A DNA stretch of 61,949 bases, counting the filler. It is 8 parts of 8 records of this genome, joined end to end, with 100 filler letters (N's around TTAATTAATTAA, not from the genome) between each part and the next. Parts side by side here need not be neighbours in the genome. Positions count along the whole stretch, not along the records: positions 17,124 to 22,817 come from SRR31156797_39514; positions 22,918 to 34,195 come from SRR31156797_39525; 6 more parts are not named here. One strand, given 5' to 3'. Both the position numbers and the translations under genes were made by a program. How positions within the stretch are numbered: the stretch's first letter is position 1; the number at the start of each line of letters is the position of its first letter. The notes beneath the pieces were generated by a model. That model ran no database searches. It worked only from the letters and a program-made list of their open reading frames with translations, and had not been told where the DNA came from. Below, one piece after another: positions 19,121-28,900 of the stretch.

Positions 19121-19954
19121 ATGTGTAATTGTACAGGTTATGACAATATTTTTCTCCCTAAAGAAGTCAAGATAATTAAGGCTAAGCAGGTTACAGAACT
19201 CGAGAAGCATTTCACTTTAAAAATGGCTGATGGTTCTAAATTTCACTTTGAGCCTGGCCAGATACTGGAGGTTTCCCTTTTTGGGTATGGTGAGATTCCA
19301 ATCGGTATTGCCAGTTCTCCCACTAGAGAAAATACCTTTGATATAGTTGTTAGAAAGGTAGGGAGAGTCTCCACTGCTATTAATAACCTTAAAGAAGGGG
19401 ATACTTTATATATCCGGGGTCCTCTTGGCAGGGGTTTTAATGTAGAGGAGTTTAGGAATCAGAATGTGCTGGTTATTGCAGGAGGTATAGGGCTTTGCCC
19501 TACCCGAAGCATGATTAATTACATTATGGATAAAAGAGACAATTTCAAAAAGTTTACCCTTTTTTACGGGACACAGACACCTGCTCAGCAAATGTTTCTT
19601 GAAGATCTGAGGACGTGGAGAGAGTTGGATACTATTGATTTCCGCGAAACAGTTGACAGGGCTGATGATGGCTGGAAGGGGAATGTAGGAGTAATTACCA
19701 ATCTTTTTGAAGATGTAGAGATTACGCCGGATACGAAAGTGATAATCTGCGGGCCGCCGATAATGTTTAAATTTGTAATTAGGGAGCTTCACAAAATCGG
19801 TATATCCGACGACAGTATTTATCTGGATTTGGAGAGAAGAATGAAATGTGGCGTGGGTAAATGCGGGCACTGCCAGATTAATGATAAGTATGTTTGTGTA
19901 GATGGGCCGGTGTTTAAGTTCTCTGAGATTAAAGACCTGGAGGAAGCGTTATGA
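19121..19954 (+). CDS. hydG: Group 3b hydrogenase FAD/NAD(P)-binding gamma subunit
   Basis: IRGPLG, AGGIG, CGPPIM and MKCGVGKCGHC...CVDGP. Confidence 0.9.
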   Translation: MCNCTGYDNIFLPKEVKIIKAKQVTELEKHFTLKMADGSKFHFEPGQILEVSLFGYGEIPIGIASSPTRENTFDIVVRKVGRVSTAINNLKEGDTLYIRGPLGRGFNVEEFRNQNVLVIAGGIGLCPTRSMINYIMDKRDNFKKFTLFYGTQTPAQQMFLEDLRTWRELDTIDFRETVDRADDGWKGNVGVITNLFEDVEITPDTKVIICGPPIMFKFVIRELHKIGISDDSIYLDLERRMKCGVGKCGHCQINDKYVCVDGPVFKFSEIKDLEEAL

Positions 19955-20703
19955 TTAAGCCAAAAGTCGGATTTTTTGATTTTGCCTGCTGTGAAGGATG
20001 CCAGATTGAGCTTTCAAATTTTGGTGACGCTGATTTTATTGAGCTTTTGAACCACATAAATATAGTAGAATGGCGAGAAGTTATGAGTGAAAAAGCCGGT
20101 CATCTTGATATCGCTTTTATTGAGGGGAGCGTTACGAGAGAAAAAGATCGTAAGCAACTGGAGGATATCAGAGCGAGAGCTGATGTGGTCATTGCTTATG
20201 GAGCTTGCGCTACTACAGGTGGTATTAATGCTCTAAAAAACAGTGTGCCGGATCATAAAAAATGCGTATATGGCGATGATAGGGATATGCCGCATCTGGA
20301 TAGTTTTCCGGTGGCTCTTCCAATATCAGCAGCAATTAAGGTTGACTACTGTGTGCATGGGTGTCCAATGGACAAATATGAATTCCTGGATATTGTATCA
20401 CATTTACTGCACGGTAAGGAGCCGGTTATTCCGAATTATCCGGTTTGTGTAGAGTGCAAATTGAGGGAGACTGTTTGTCGTTATGACCAGGGGGATCACT
20501 GTCTTGGGATGGTAGCCCGTGCAGGTTGCGGAGCTATTTGTCCCGCTGATGGTATTCCCTGCGAGGCTTGCAGAGGTTTTGTCGATAATCCAAATGAAGA
20601 ATCATTGAAAGAAGTCTTAATAGAAAAGGGCGGCCTGTCAGAAGAATGGGCTGAAAAAAAGTCCAGGATGTTTACCAATAACCAGAGGAGTGATGCAAAA
20701 TGA
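19951..20703 (+). CDS. hydD: Group 3b hydrogenase small (delta) subunit
   Basis: CCEGC, EGS, GACA, GCP and C-terminal Fe-S cysteines. Confidence 0.9.
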   Translation: MIKPKVGFFDFACCEGCQIELSNFGDADFIELLNHINIVEWREVMSEKAGHLDIAFIEGSVTREKDRKQLEDIRARADVVIAYGACATTGGINALKNSVPDHKKCVYGDDRDMPHLDSFPVALPISAAIKVDYCVHGCPMDKYEFLDIVSHLLHGKEPVIPNYPVCVECKLRETVCRYDQGDHCLGMVARAGCGAICPADGIPCEACRGFVDNPNEESLKEVLIEKGGLSEEWAEKKSRMFTNNQRSDAK

Positions 20704-22019
20704 AGAAGGATATAAATATAGATATTCATCACTTAACCCGTATTGAAGGCCATGGGAACATTAAGGTAAATATTAAAAACGGGACTGTTGAAGAGTGTGT
20801 CTGGCAGGTGCCGGAAGCACCTCGTTTTTTTGAAGCGATGATAAAGGGGCGTCATTATTCTGAGGTGGCGCGAATTACCAGCCGTATTTGCGGGATTTGC
20901 GCTATCGGACATACGCTGGCTTCTGTAAAGGCTACAGAGAATGCTCTTGGGATTGAAATAACACCTCAAACAGCAAAGCTGAGAAGTATTTTAAAACATG
21001 CTGAAAATTTTGATTCTCACATAGTTCATGTAGGTGTTTTAGTCGCACCGGATTTGCTTGGCGCTCCATCAATATTTCCACTGGTAGCGACACATGGAGA
21101 AGTTATAAAAACAGTTCTCAGGCTTAAGCGGCTGGGGCATGAGTGGGGATCAATGATAGGCGGCAGAACTACCCATCCTACTACAGTTATTCCGGGCGGA
21201 TTTGCAAAGCTTATTACAACTGATGAACTGAAAATTTTAAAAGATAAGATTCTTGCCCGGGTTGGTGATTTAACAGCCCTGGTTGAAACGATAGTTTCGC
21301 TGGCTTCTGATATTCCTGTTTTTGACAGACCGACAGAGTATGTTGCTCTTCATAGTGATGAAGAGTATGGGCTTTATGACGGTTGTATTCAGACAGTGAT
21401 GCCTGACGGGAGTAAGGAACAGTTTGATGTGCGGGATTATAAAAAAGTTACAAATGAGTGGGTATCTCCTAACTCGACAGCCAAGTATACCAGGCATAAC
21501 CTTGAAAGTTATGCAGCGGGTGCTTTAGCCAGGCTTAACAACAACTATAAACAATTGCATCCTGAAGCGAAGAAGATAGCTGAAGTTCTCGGGATGAAAC
21601 CAATAGTCGGGAATCCTTACCTGAATTCGGCCGCTCAGGTTGTTGAGTGTGCACACAGTGTACACGAGTCGTTAAGAATGATTAATGAGATACTGGCGGA
21701 TGGCGGAATAAAGGAAGAAGGGATTGTTCAGCCTGTTAAATTTTCATCCGGAACCGGCGGCACGGAAGTTCCCAGAGGAATATTATTCCATGAATATAAC
21801 TATGATGAGAATGGTTTCTGCATAGATGGGAACTGTATTATTCCAACAAACCAGAACCATGCAAATATTCAGGCGGATTTTGACAAACTGGTGCCTGAGC
21901 TTCTTGAGGCAGAGAAGACTAAAGATGAAATGGCGCTGGCACTTGAAATGCTTGTCAGGGCTTATGATCCATGTATATCCTGTTCTACGCATTATTTGAA
22001 TATTGAGTTTGTGGGGTGA
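20700..22019 (+). CDS. hydA: [NiFe]-hydrogenase large (alpha) subunit, group 3b
   Basis: TRIEGHG; L1 RICGIC; L2 RAYDPCISCSTH followed by an 8-residue cleavable tail. Confidence 0.95.
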   Translation: MKKDINIDIHHLTRIEGHGNIKVNIKNGTVEECVWQVPEAPRFFEAMIKGRHYSEVARITSRICGICAIGHTLASVKATENALGIEITPQTAKLRSILKHAENFDSHIVHVGVLVAPDLLGAPSIFPLVATHGEVIKTVLRLKRLGHEWGSMIGGRTTHPTTVIPGGFAKLITTDELKILKDKILARVGDLTALVETIVSLASDIPVFDRPTEYVALHSDEEYGLYDGCIQTVMPDGSKEQFDVRDYKKVTNEWVSPNSTAKYTRHNLESYAAGALARLNNNYKQLHPEAKKIAEVLGMKPIVGNPYLNSAAQVVECAHSVHESLRMINEILADGGIKEEGIVQPVKFSSGTGGTEVPRGILFHEYNYDENGFCIDGNCIIPTNQNHANIQADFDKLVPELLEAEKTKDEMALALEMLVRAYDPCISCSTHYLNIEFVG

Positions 22020-22050
22020 TACTCAATAATCGAGTGATAGGATTTTGATA

Positions 22051-22503
22051 ATGAAATACATAATCGGAATTGGAAACTATTCAATGTATGATGACAGTCT
22101 CGGCATCAGATTAATTGAATATCTGGAAGAAAACAATCTGGTAGACGGATTTAAAGCGATAGATCTTTCCGGGAACGCGTTGAATATTTTTTCTTACCTT
22201 TCAGAATCTACAAATAAAATTATTATTGTTGATACTGCCAGACTGGATATGGAGCCGGGGGAGTACAGATTTTTTTCACATGAAAAAGTGAAAACCCTGA
22301 AGGCGCTTTCCGGGATTACCACGCATGAGGGGGATATGGTGAAAGTTCTGGAGCTTGCCGGGGAAACCGGCTATCATATTCCTGAAATAATCTTTATGGG
22401 CGTTGAGCCGGAAGAAATAAAAAGTGAATTCGGTTTGTCTGAAATACTTGAAAGCAGGTTGCCTGAGTATGGGCAGGTGCTGCTTAGAGAGATTATGCTT
22501 TAA
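22051..22503 (+). CDS. Hydrogenase maturation protease
   Basis: IGIGN..DD.LG, IIVD and TTH motifs; follows the large subunit. Confidence 0.9.
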   Translation: MKYIIGIGNYSMYDDSLGIRLIEYLEENNLVDGFKAIDLSGNALNIFSYLSESTNKIIIVDTARLDMEPGEYRFFSHEKVKTLKALSGITTHEGDMVKVLELAGETGYHIPEIIFMGVEPEEIKSEFGLSEILESRLPEYGQVLLREIML

Positions 22504-22603
22504 AAGGCAGAATCGGGGAAGAACAGGTCATTCTATTACTGCAAATACTATCTGACTCGATTGGGGAGTCAGGTGATTACCATGGCACTAAACGATAAAC
22601 CCA

Positions 22604-22740
22604 TGTTTGAACGAAAAGTTGCTCAGATGCAAGGCGCAGAACAATTTAAAACCGGAGCAACCTTGTGGTTCTGAGGCCCGATTTTATGATTTGGCAAATT
22701 TTGCTGCAACGCCGCAGATGGGTGCCTTTTCGTTCAAACA
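22604..22740. mobile_element. 137-bp MITE-like element with perfect 15-bp terminal inverted repeats
   Basis: TGTTTGAACGAAAAG (22604-22618) and CTTTTCGTTCAAACA (22726-22740); non-coding. Confidence 0.7.
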
Positions 22741-22744
22741 ATAG

Positions 22745-22817
22745 TTAGGCCACCTCTTTTTCCAGAATCCTCAATCCAACAACTTTATGCCCGGGATGCC
22801 GTCCTTGTTCAGGATCT
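22745..22817 (-). CDS. C-terminal end of an unidentified gene (...HKVVGLRILEKEVA*)
   Basis: Frame is open from the contig edge to the TAA at 22745-22747. Confidence 0.35.
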
Positions 22818-22917
22818 NNNNNNNNNNNNNNNNNNNNNNNNNNNNNNNNNNNNNNNNNNNNTTAATTAATTAANNNNNNNNNNNNNNNNNNNNNNNNNNN
22901 NNNNNNNNNNNNNNNNN
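22818..22917. other. Artificial contig linker
   Basis: N44-TTAATTAATTAA-N44. Confidence 0.98.
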
Positions 22918-22949
22918 ATCGAATTGCTGTCTATAGTGGGAGATATGGT

Positions 22950-23807
22950 GTGGACAAAATTAAAAATGTTGCGGTGATCGGTGCGGGACTCATGGGAACG
23001 GGGATTGCCCAGGTGGCGGCTCAGGCCGGTTTTGAGGTGACGGTGCGGGATATCAATGATGAAGTGCTTCAAAAGGCCCGCGCCGCAATCGAAAAAAAGT
23101 TAGCTTCCGCCGTGGGCAAGAAAAGATTGCAAGAGGCTGAAGCCAAACGTATTCTGGGTCGGCTGCGGTTTACCACGGATTCATCCCTGGCGCTGGCTGA
23201 TGCTCAGTATGTTATTGAAGCGGTTCCTGAAATCCTTGATCTCAAACGCCGGGTTTTCTCTGAAATTGACGATTTGGCCCCTGATGATGCTGTTCTGGCC
23301 ACCAATACGTCGGAACTGAGCATCGCTTCCATTGCCGGCGTTACAAAGCGCCCGGATCGTGTTATCGGAACGCACTGGTTTTTTCCACCCCAGGTCATGA
23401 AATTGATCGAGGTGGTGACGGCCGATGAAACATCTCCGGAAACTCTCCAAATTACCCTTGAATTTTGTGCCGATCTTGGAAAGGAAACGGTTGTCTGTAA
23501 AGACGCCCAGGGTTTCATCACCAGCCGCGCCATCAGTGCGCTCATTGCCGAATGCCTGCGTATTCACGAGGAAGGGCTTGCGAGCATTGAAGACATTGAT
23601 AAGGCCATGCGTTTAGGTTTCAATCATCCCATCGGACCTTTCCAATTAGTGGATATGTCCGGGGTGGATGTGGTTTTTCATGCCTTGGAAGGGTTGACCC
23701 GGGAATATGGGGATCGATTCAAACCCATCAAGAAAATGGGCGAACTGGTGGAACAGAAAAATTTGGGACAAAAGACGGGGAAAGGGTTTTACCGCCATCA
23801 ACGGTGA
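22950..23807 (+). CDS. 3-hydroxyacyl-CoA (3-hydroxybutyryl-CoA) dehydrogenase
   Basis: VIGAGLMGTGIAQ, EAVPE, ATNTS and LGQKTGKGFY. Confidence 0.93.
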   Translation: MDKIKNVAVIGAGLMGTGIAQVAAQAGFEVTVRDINDEVLQKARAAIEKKLASAVGKKRLQEAEAKRILGRLRFTTDSSLALADAQYVIEAVPEILDLKRRVFSEIDDLAPDDAVLATNTSELSIASIAGVTKRPDRVIGTHWFFPPQVMKLIEVVTADETSPETLQITLEFCADLGKETVVCKDAQGFITSRAISALIAECLRIHEEGLASIEDIDKAMRLGFNHPIGPFQLVDMSGVDVVFHALEGLTREYGDRFKPIKKMGELVEQKNLGQKTGKGFYRHQR

Positions 23808-23866
23808 CCGGAATCGTGACGGATTCTAAACGATCGGTATGTATAAATGCCTCAATTTTGTGAGGG

Positions 23867-24502
23867 GTGAACCTGTTGTCGCCTTTAACCGCAAAAGCCA
23901 TTCAAAGTAAAGAAACCATAGCCCGTATCCTCGAGGCTTCAACCCGCTTGTTTGTGGCCAATGGATATCATGGTACGTCCATTGCCGCCATTGCCAATGC
24001 CACCGGCCTTACCAAAGGGGCACTATATGCCCATTTCTCCAGCAAGGAAGACCTGTTACGGATCCTCATTAAGAAATTTGAGACGGACTTTCTGGATCAA
24101 CTCATCGCCGAAGTCCAGGCTGTTGACGGCAACGCCCTGGATAAACTCCACCGTTATTTAAACTATGCCTCCATTTTTGCCGAAAAAAATCGTGAGCTCT
24201 GCCTGCTGGCCACCATCATTTCAGCGGAGTTTTCAGGGGCGGACCATGATCAGTTTGATTCGGAATTCAGGCGCATCTATTTTAAATACGCCCGTTTTCT
24301 GCGTAGGGTCATTGAGGAAGGCAAACTTCAGGGCGTCATTGACCCGGTTGTGGACACCCATACGGCGGCTTACACCATTATCGCATTTCATGACGGGGTT
24401 CTTCTGCAGTGGCAGCGCAGCAGGGACGTGCTTGAGGGGCCGCTTTTTGTTAAAACATTCAGACAACTTTTATTTGATGGTTTAAGAATTAAGAAAGCGT
24501 AG
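23867..24502 (+). CDS. TetR/AcrR-family regulator
   Basis: GYHGTSIAAIA..TGLTKGALYAHFSSKEDL. Confidence 0.92.
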   Translation: MNLLSPLTAKAIQSKETIARILEASTRLFVANGYHGTSIAAIANATGLTKGALYAHFSSKEDLLRILIKKFETDFLDQLIAEVQAVDGNALDKLHRYLNYASIFAEKNRELCLLATIISAEFSGADHDQFDSEFRRIYFKYARFLRRVIEEGKLQGVIDPVVDTHTAAYTIIAFHDGVLLQWQRSRDVLEGPLFVKTFRQLLFDGLRIKKA

Positions 24503-24586
24503 TTTCCCATATTTTGGCGGGCTGATCCATGGCCCGTTTCCGTATCGGCAACGCCGAACACGCAGTCCCCTAAAACGGAGTGCAGG

Positions 24587-25381
24587 ATGCTTGAAGTCAA
24601 TAACATCGAGGTGGTTTACAACGACGTAATCCTGGTGTTGAAGGGTATATCCCTGTCCGTGCAAAAAGGGGATATCGTGGCTCTTCTGGGGGCCAACGGT
24701 GCGGGGAAGACCACAACCTTGAAGGCCGTCAGCGGCGTTCTCAGGCTGCAGAACGGCGATCTTGAAGGGGGGACCATATCCTTCAACGGAAAAGAGATCC
24801 AGAATGATGATCCGGATCGGATTGTCAGGAATGGGATTTCCATGGTTCCGGAGGGCCGCCGCATATTTTCCGATCTTTCCGTCATTGAAAACCTGTTGGT
24901 GGGGGCTTTCACCCGCTCTGACCGCGGGCGGGTGAAAAAGGACCTGAACATCGTCATGAACTATTTCCCCGTTCTCAGGGAAAGGCGCAACCAGCGGGCG
25001 GTTTACCTGTCCGGAGGGGAACAACAGATGGTGGCGGTGGGTCGCGCCCTCATGAGTCAACCCGGTCTCATTATGCTGGATGAACCGTCTTTGGGTTTGG
25101 CCCCACTGGTGGTGAAGAACATTTTTCAAATATTGAAACAGATAAACCATGACCGGAGCACAACCCTGTTACTGGTGGAACAGAACGCTAATCTGGCGCT
25201 CAATTTCGCTTCTTACGGGTACATCATGGAAAACGGGCGCATTGTGCTGGACGGCATCTGCCATAAGCTCAGAGAGAATGAAGATGTGCAGGAATTCTAT
25301 CTGGGCGTAACCGACCAGAAGGATCGCAAAAACTACGCCCAGGTAAAACATTATAAAAGACGAAAACGCTGGTTGTCCTAA
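24587..25381 (+). CDS. HAAT (Liv-type) ABC transporter ATPase, LivF-like
   Basis: GANGAGKTT, LSGGEQQM, LDEPSLGLAP and VEQN. Confidence 0.92.
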   Translation: MLEVNNIEVVYNDVILVLKGISLSVQKGDIVALLGANGAGKTTTLKAVSGVLRLQNGDLEGGTISFNGKEIQNDDPDRIVRNGISMVPEGRRIFSDLSVIENLLVGAFTRSDRGRVKKDLNIVMNYFPVLRERRNQRAVYLSGGEQQMVAVGRALMSQPGLIMLDEPSLGLAPLVVKNIFQILKQINHDRSTTLLLVEQNANLALNFASYGYIMENGRIVLDGICHKLRENEDVQEFYLGVTDQKDRKNYAQVKHYKRRKRWLS

Positions 25382-25393
25382 AGGGGTATCACA

Positions 25394-26161
25394 ATGGCCC
25401 AGTTGGAAATAAAAGACGTCACGGTCCGATTCGGGGGGATTGCCGCACTGTCCAATGTGGCTTTTGAAGTTGAACAGGGTCATATTCATGCCCTGATCGG
25501 TCCCAACGGCGCCGGGAAGACGTCCCTGTTCAATGTGATCAGCGGTATTTATCGGCCCACTTCCGGAGAGGCCTCCTTTGAAGGGTATGTCCTGAACAAA
25601 ATGAAGCCCCACCGCATCGCGGGCCTGGGCGTTGCCCGCACCTTTCAGAATATCGAGCTGTTTCAACACATGACCGTCATCGATAACCTGCTCCTGGGGC
25701 GGCACCTTCACATGCGGACGGGTGTTCTGACGGGCGCGCTTTTTTATGGTCGCGCGTTGAGGGAAGAAACCGCTCACCGGCTGAAGGTTGAAGAGATTAT
25801 CGATTTTCTGGAAATCGAAAAAGTCAGGAAGAAACCGGTGGGTTCGCTCCCTTACGGTATCCAGAAACGGGTGGAAATGGGCCGGGCCCTGGCCAACAAC
25901 CCAAAGCTGCTGCTGTTGGATGAGCCGGTTGCCGGCATGAATGTTGAGGAAACCGAAGATATCGCCCGCTTCGTGCTGGACGTAAAGGAAGAGTTGGGCA
26001 CGACCATTTTGATGGTTGAACACGATATGGGCGTGGTCATGGACATTGCGGACCGGGTAACGGTGCTCGATTTCGGCGTGATGATCGCCGATGGAACGCC
26101 GGCCCAGGTTCAGGCAGACTCAAAAGTCATTGAAGCATATCTGGGGGAGGGCGACCAATAG
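25394..26161 (+). CDS. HAAT ABC transporter ATPase, LivG-like
   Basis: FGGIAAL, GPNGAGKTS, ARTFQN, EHDM and EAYLG. Confidence 0.92.
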   Translation: MAQLEIKDVTVRFGGIAALSNVAFEVEQGHIHALIGPNGAGKTSLFNVISGIYRPTSGEASFEGYVLNKMKPHRIAGLGVARTFQNIELFQHMTVIDNLLLGRHLHMRTGVLTGALFYGRALREETAHRLKVEEIIDFLEIEKVRKKPVGSLPYGIQKRVEMGRALANNPKLLLLDEPVAGMNVEETEDIARFVLDVKEELGTTILMVEHDMGVVMDIADRVTVLDFGVMIADGTPAQVQADSKVIEAYLGEGDQ

Positions 26162-26163
26162 CC

Positions 26164-27984
26164 ATGAAGCAAGAAACCGCCGACGCTGAACTGACAATCC
26201 CCAAACTCCTTAAACGGAACCGCCTGCGCTATGGGGACCGGACGGCCCTGCGCGAAAAGGACTTGGGGATCTGGCAAAAGGTGAGCTGGAACCGGTATTG
26301 GGAGCATGTGCGCAACTTCGCTCTGGGGCTGAAGGAATTGGGTCTTGAGGACCTGGAAGGAAAGGTGTCCATCCTGGGGGATAACTGCCTGGAATGGCTC
26401 TATGCGGACATTGCCGCCCAGGCCTGCCGTGCCATTTCCATCGGGGTTTATCCCACCAATGTGGCTGAACAGTGTTGCTATGTTCTGGAAAACTCCGATT
26501 CCTCCTTTGTTGTCTGTAAGGATCAGGAACAGGTGGACAAAATCCTTGAGATCAAAGACCGCCTTCCCCTGTTGAAACAAATCATCGTCATCGACATGAA
26601 AGGACTCAGAAATTATGAAGATCCCATGATCATCGGTTTTGAGGCGGTGGAAAAGCTCGGGCTTTCCTGTCATGAAAAGGACCGGGAACGTTTCGATCGT
26701 ATGGTGGAGGCGGTTGAGCCGGATGATGTGGGGGTCATGGTCTACACTTCGGGCACCACCGGAAAACCCAAAGGGGCCATGATTACCCACCGCAATATGG
26801 TGGCCATGATCCGGGGGCTTAGTCAGATGATCCCCTTCAATCAAAAAGACTCCTTCGTCTCGGCGCTCCCCCTTTGTCACATCGCGGAGAGGAGTTTTTC
26901 CATGATTTTCCCCATGTGGGCGGGGTGTACCGTGAATTTTGCCGAAAGCGTCGCCACCCTGCAGGAAGATTTGCGGGAAATTTCCCCCACCGCTTTTTTG
27001 TCGGTTCCCCGCATATGGGAAAAAATGCATTCCAATATCAGTATCAAGATAAAGGACTCCATTTTTATTAAACGGTGGGTATATAATGCCGTGATGCCCA
27101 TCGGGGAAAAAGTGGCAGGGCTCAAGCTGTCGGGAAAGCAGGTCCCCTTTTGTTGGAAAATCCTTTACGGAATAGGGTATCTGCTCCTTTTCAGAGCTTT
27201 GCGGAATTCCATGGGCCTCTTAAACGGACGCATCTTTGTGAGCGGCGCCGCTCCCATGAGCCGGGAGTTGATGCGTTTGTATCACGGTATCGGGGTGCCG
27301 GTCCGTGAGTGTTTCGGCATGACCGAGTGTTCGGGAATCAGCGTCATCCCACGAGAGAATACCTTTCGCGCCGGTCAGGTGGGGCAGGCCATCCCGGGGA
27401 TTCAAATCAAACTGGCTCCGGACGGCGAGATCATGCTTAAGGGCGATTCCGTTTTCAAGGGCTATTACGGCAGTCCCGAACAGACCGCCGCCACTTTTGA
27501 CGAGGCGGGCTGGCTCATGACCGGCGACGTGGGTGAATTCACCCATGAGGGCCAGCTCAAAATCGTGGACCGCAAGAAGGATCTCATCATCAACGCTTAC
27601 GGCAAAAACATCGCCCCCTCGGAAATCGAGAACAAACTGAAATTCAGCCCATTCATCAAAGAGGGGATTGTGGTGGGTGACGGCCGTAAATACCTCTCAG
27701 CCCTCATTCAACTTGAGCTGGACAATGTTTCCGACTGGGCCCAGGAAAACCGACTTGCCTATACCACCTATAAGAGCCTGGCCGAAAACAGTCAGGTCAA
27801 GAAGCTTATACAGGGGGAAGTGGACGGGGTCAATGAACAGTTGGCACGGGTTGAAAAGATCAGAAAGTTCACCATCCTCACCAAGGAGCTTGACCAGGAC
27901 GACGATGAAGTGACGGCCACCATGAAGGTACGACGTTCCGCCGTGGAAAAGAAGTTTAAACGGATTATCGACGCGATGTATTAG
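26164..27984 (+). CDS. Long-chain acyl-CoA synthetase (AMP-binding)
   Basis: YTSGTTGKPKGAM, FGMTE, GWLMTGD and DRKKD. Confidence 0.93.
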   Translation: MKQETADAELTIPKLLKRNRLRYGDRTALREKDLGIWQKVSWNRYWEHVRNFALGLKELGLEDLEGKVSILGDNCLEWLYADIAAQACRAISIGVYPTNVAEQCCYVLENSDSSFVVCKDQEQVDKILEIKDRLPLLKQIIVIDMKGLRNYEDPMIIGFEAVEKLGLSCHEKDRERFDRMVEAVEPDDVGVMVYTSGTTGKPKGAMITHRNMVAMIRGLSQMIPFNQKDSFVSALPLCHIAERSFSMIFPMWAGCTVNFAESVATLQEDLREISPTAFLSVPRIWEKMHSNISIKIKDSIFIKRWVYNAVMPIGEKVAGLKLSGKQVPFCWKILYGIGYLLLFRALRNSMGLLNGRIFVSGAAPMSRELMRLYHGIGVPVRECFGMTECSGISVIPRENTFRAGQVGQAIPGIQIKLAPDGEIMLKGDSVFKGYYGSPEQTAATFDEAGWLMTGDVGEFTHEGQLKIVDRKKDLIINAYGKNIAPSEIENKLKFSPFIKEGIVVGDGRKYLSALIQLELDNVSDWAQENRLAYTTYKSLAENSQVKKLIQGEVDGVNEQLARVEKIRKFTILTKELDQDDDEVTATMKVRRSAVEKKFKRIIDAMY

Positions 27985-28016
27985 GGTGAGAAATCCCTAA
28001 TTTTTAGGAGGCGTGT

Positions 28017-28895
28017 ATGTATTTCCTGGAACTACTCATAAGCGGAATAGCGGTGGGCAGTCTCTATGCGCTCATTGCCATGGGGTTCGTGCTCATTTAC
28101 AAGGGGACCGGCGTCATCAACTTCGCCCAGGGGGAGGCGATCATGGTGGCGGCCTTTATCGCCTATTATCTGGTGGGCTTCGGGGTCCCTTTCTGGCTGG
28201 CGGTGCCCCTCACCCTGGTGGCGTCGGCACTGCTGGGAGGTGTCACGGAACGTCTCATCATCCGGCCCCTGCTGGGGGAACCGGTCTTCTCCGTGGTCAT
28301 GATCACCATCGGGCTGAGCATCTTCCTCAGATCCATGGCCGGCATCATCTTCGGACATCACAATTATGTCTTTCCCTCCCCTTTTCCCGTGGAACCCCTC
28401 CATTTTGGGGGCATCGTATTGAGCCATAATCATCTCTGGAGCATGATCATCTCCTTTTCGCTGATGCTCCTCTTCTTCTTCTTCTTCAAGTTCGCCCGTC
28501 TGGGCCTTGGGATGCGCGCCACCGCAAATGATCAGGACACCGCCACCCTCATGGGGATCAATATCAAGCGGGTCTATGCCCTGACCTGGGGGATCTCTTT
28601 TGTGGTGGCGGGGCTCGCCGGCGTGGGGCTGGCCAATGTCATGGTGCTGAACGTAGGTTTGGCCTTTGTGGCCATCAGCGCTTTTCCCGCAGTGATCCTG
28701 GGGGGGCTTGAAAGTATTCCGGGGGCCATTATCGGTGGGATCACCATCGGTATCCTGGAAAATATGGCCGGCGGATATCTGGACCAGATCGTGGGGGGCG
28801 GTATCAAGGATGTGACGCCCTTTGCCGTGTTGTTTCTGGTATTGATGATAAAGCCCTACGGGCTATTCGGAACCAAGGAAGTGGAAAGGGTCTAA
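28017..28895 (+). CDS. HAAT ABC permease, LivH-like
   Basis: YALIAMGFVLIY..GVINFAQG, GMRATA and ILGG. Confidence 0.92.
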   Translation: MYFLELLISGIAVGSLYALIAMGFVLIYKGTGVINFAQGEAIMVAAFIAYYLVGFGVPFWLAVPLTLVASALLGGVTERLIIRPLLGEPVFSVVMITIGLSIFLRSMAGIIFGHHNYVFPSPFPVEPLHFGGIVLSHNHLWSMIISFSLMLLFFFFFKFARLGLGMRATANDQDTATLMGINIKRVYALTWGISFVVAGLAGVGLANVMVLNVGLAFVAISAFPAVILGGLESIPGAIIGGITIGILENMAGGYLDQIVGGGIKDVTPFAVLFLVLMIKPYGLFGTKEVERV

Positions 28896-28900
28896 TAATC

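Noticed and set aside
21960-22019. Selenocysteine ([NiFeSe]) hydrogenase
   Set aside because: L2 is DPCISC with ordinary Cys codons; there is no in-frame TGA.
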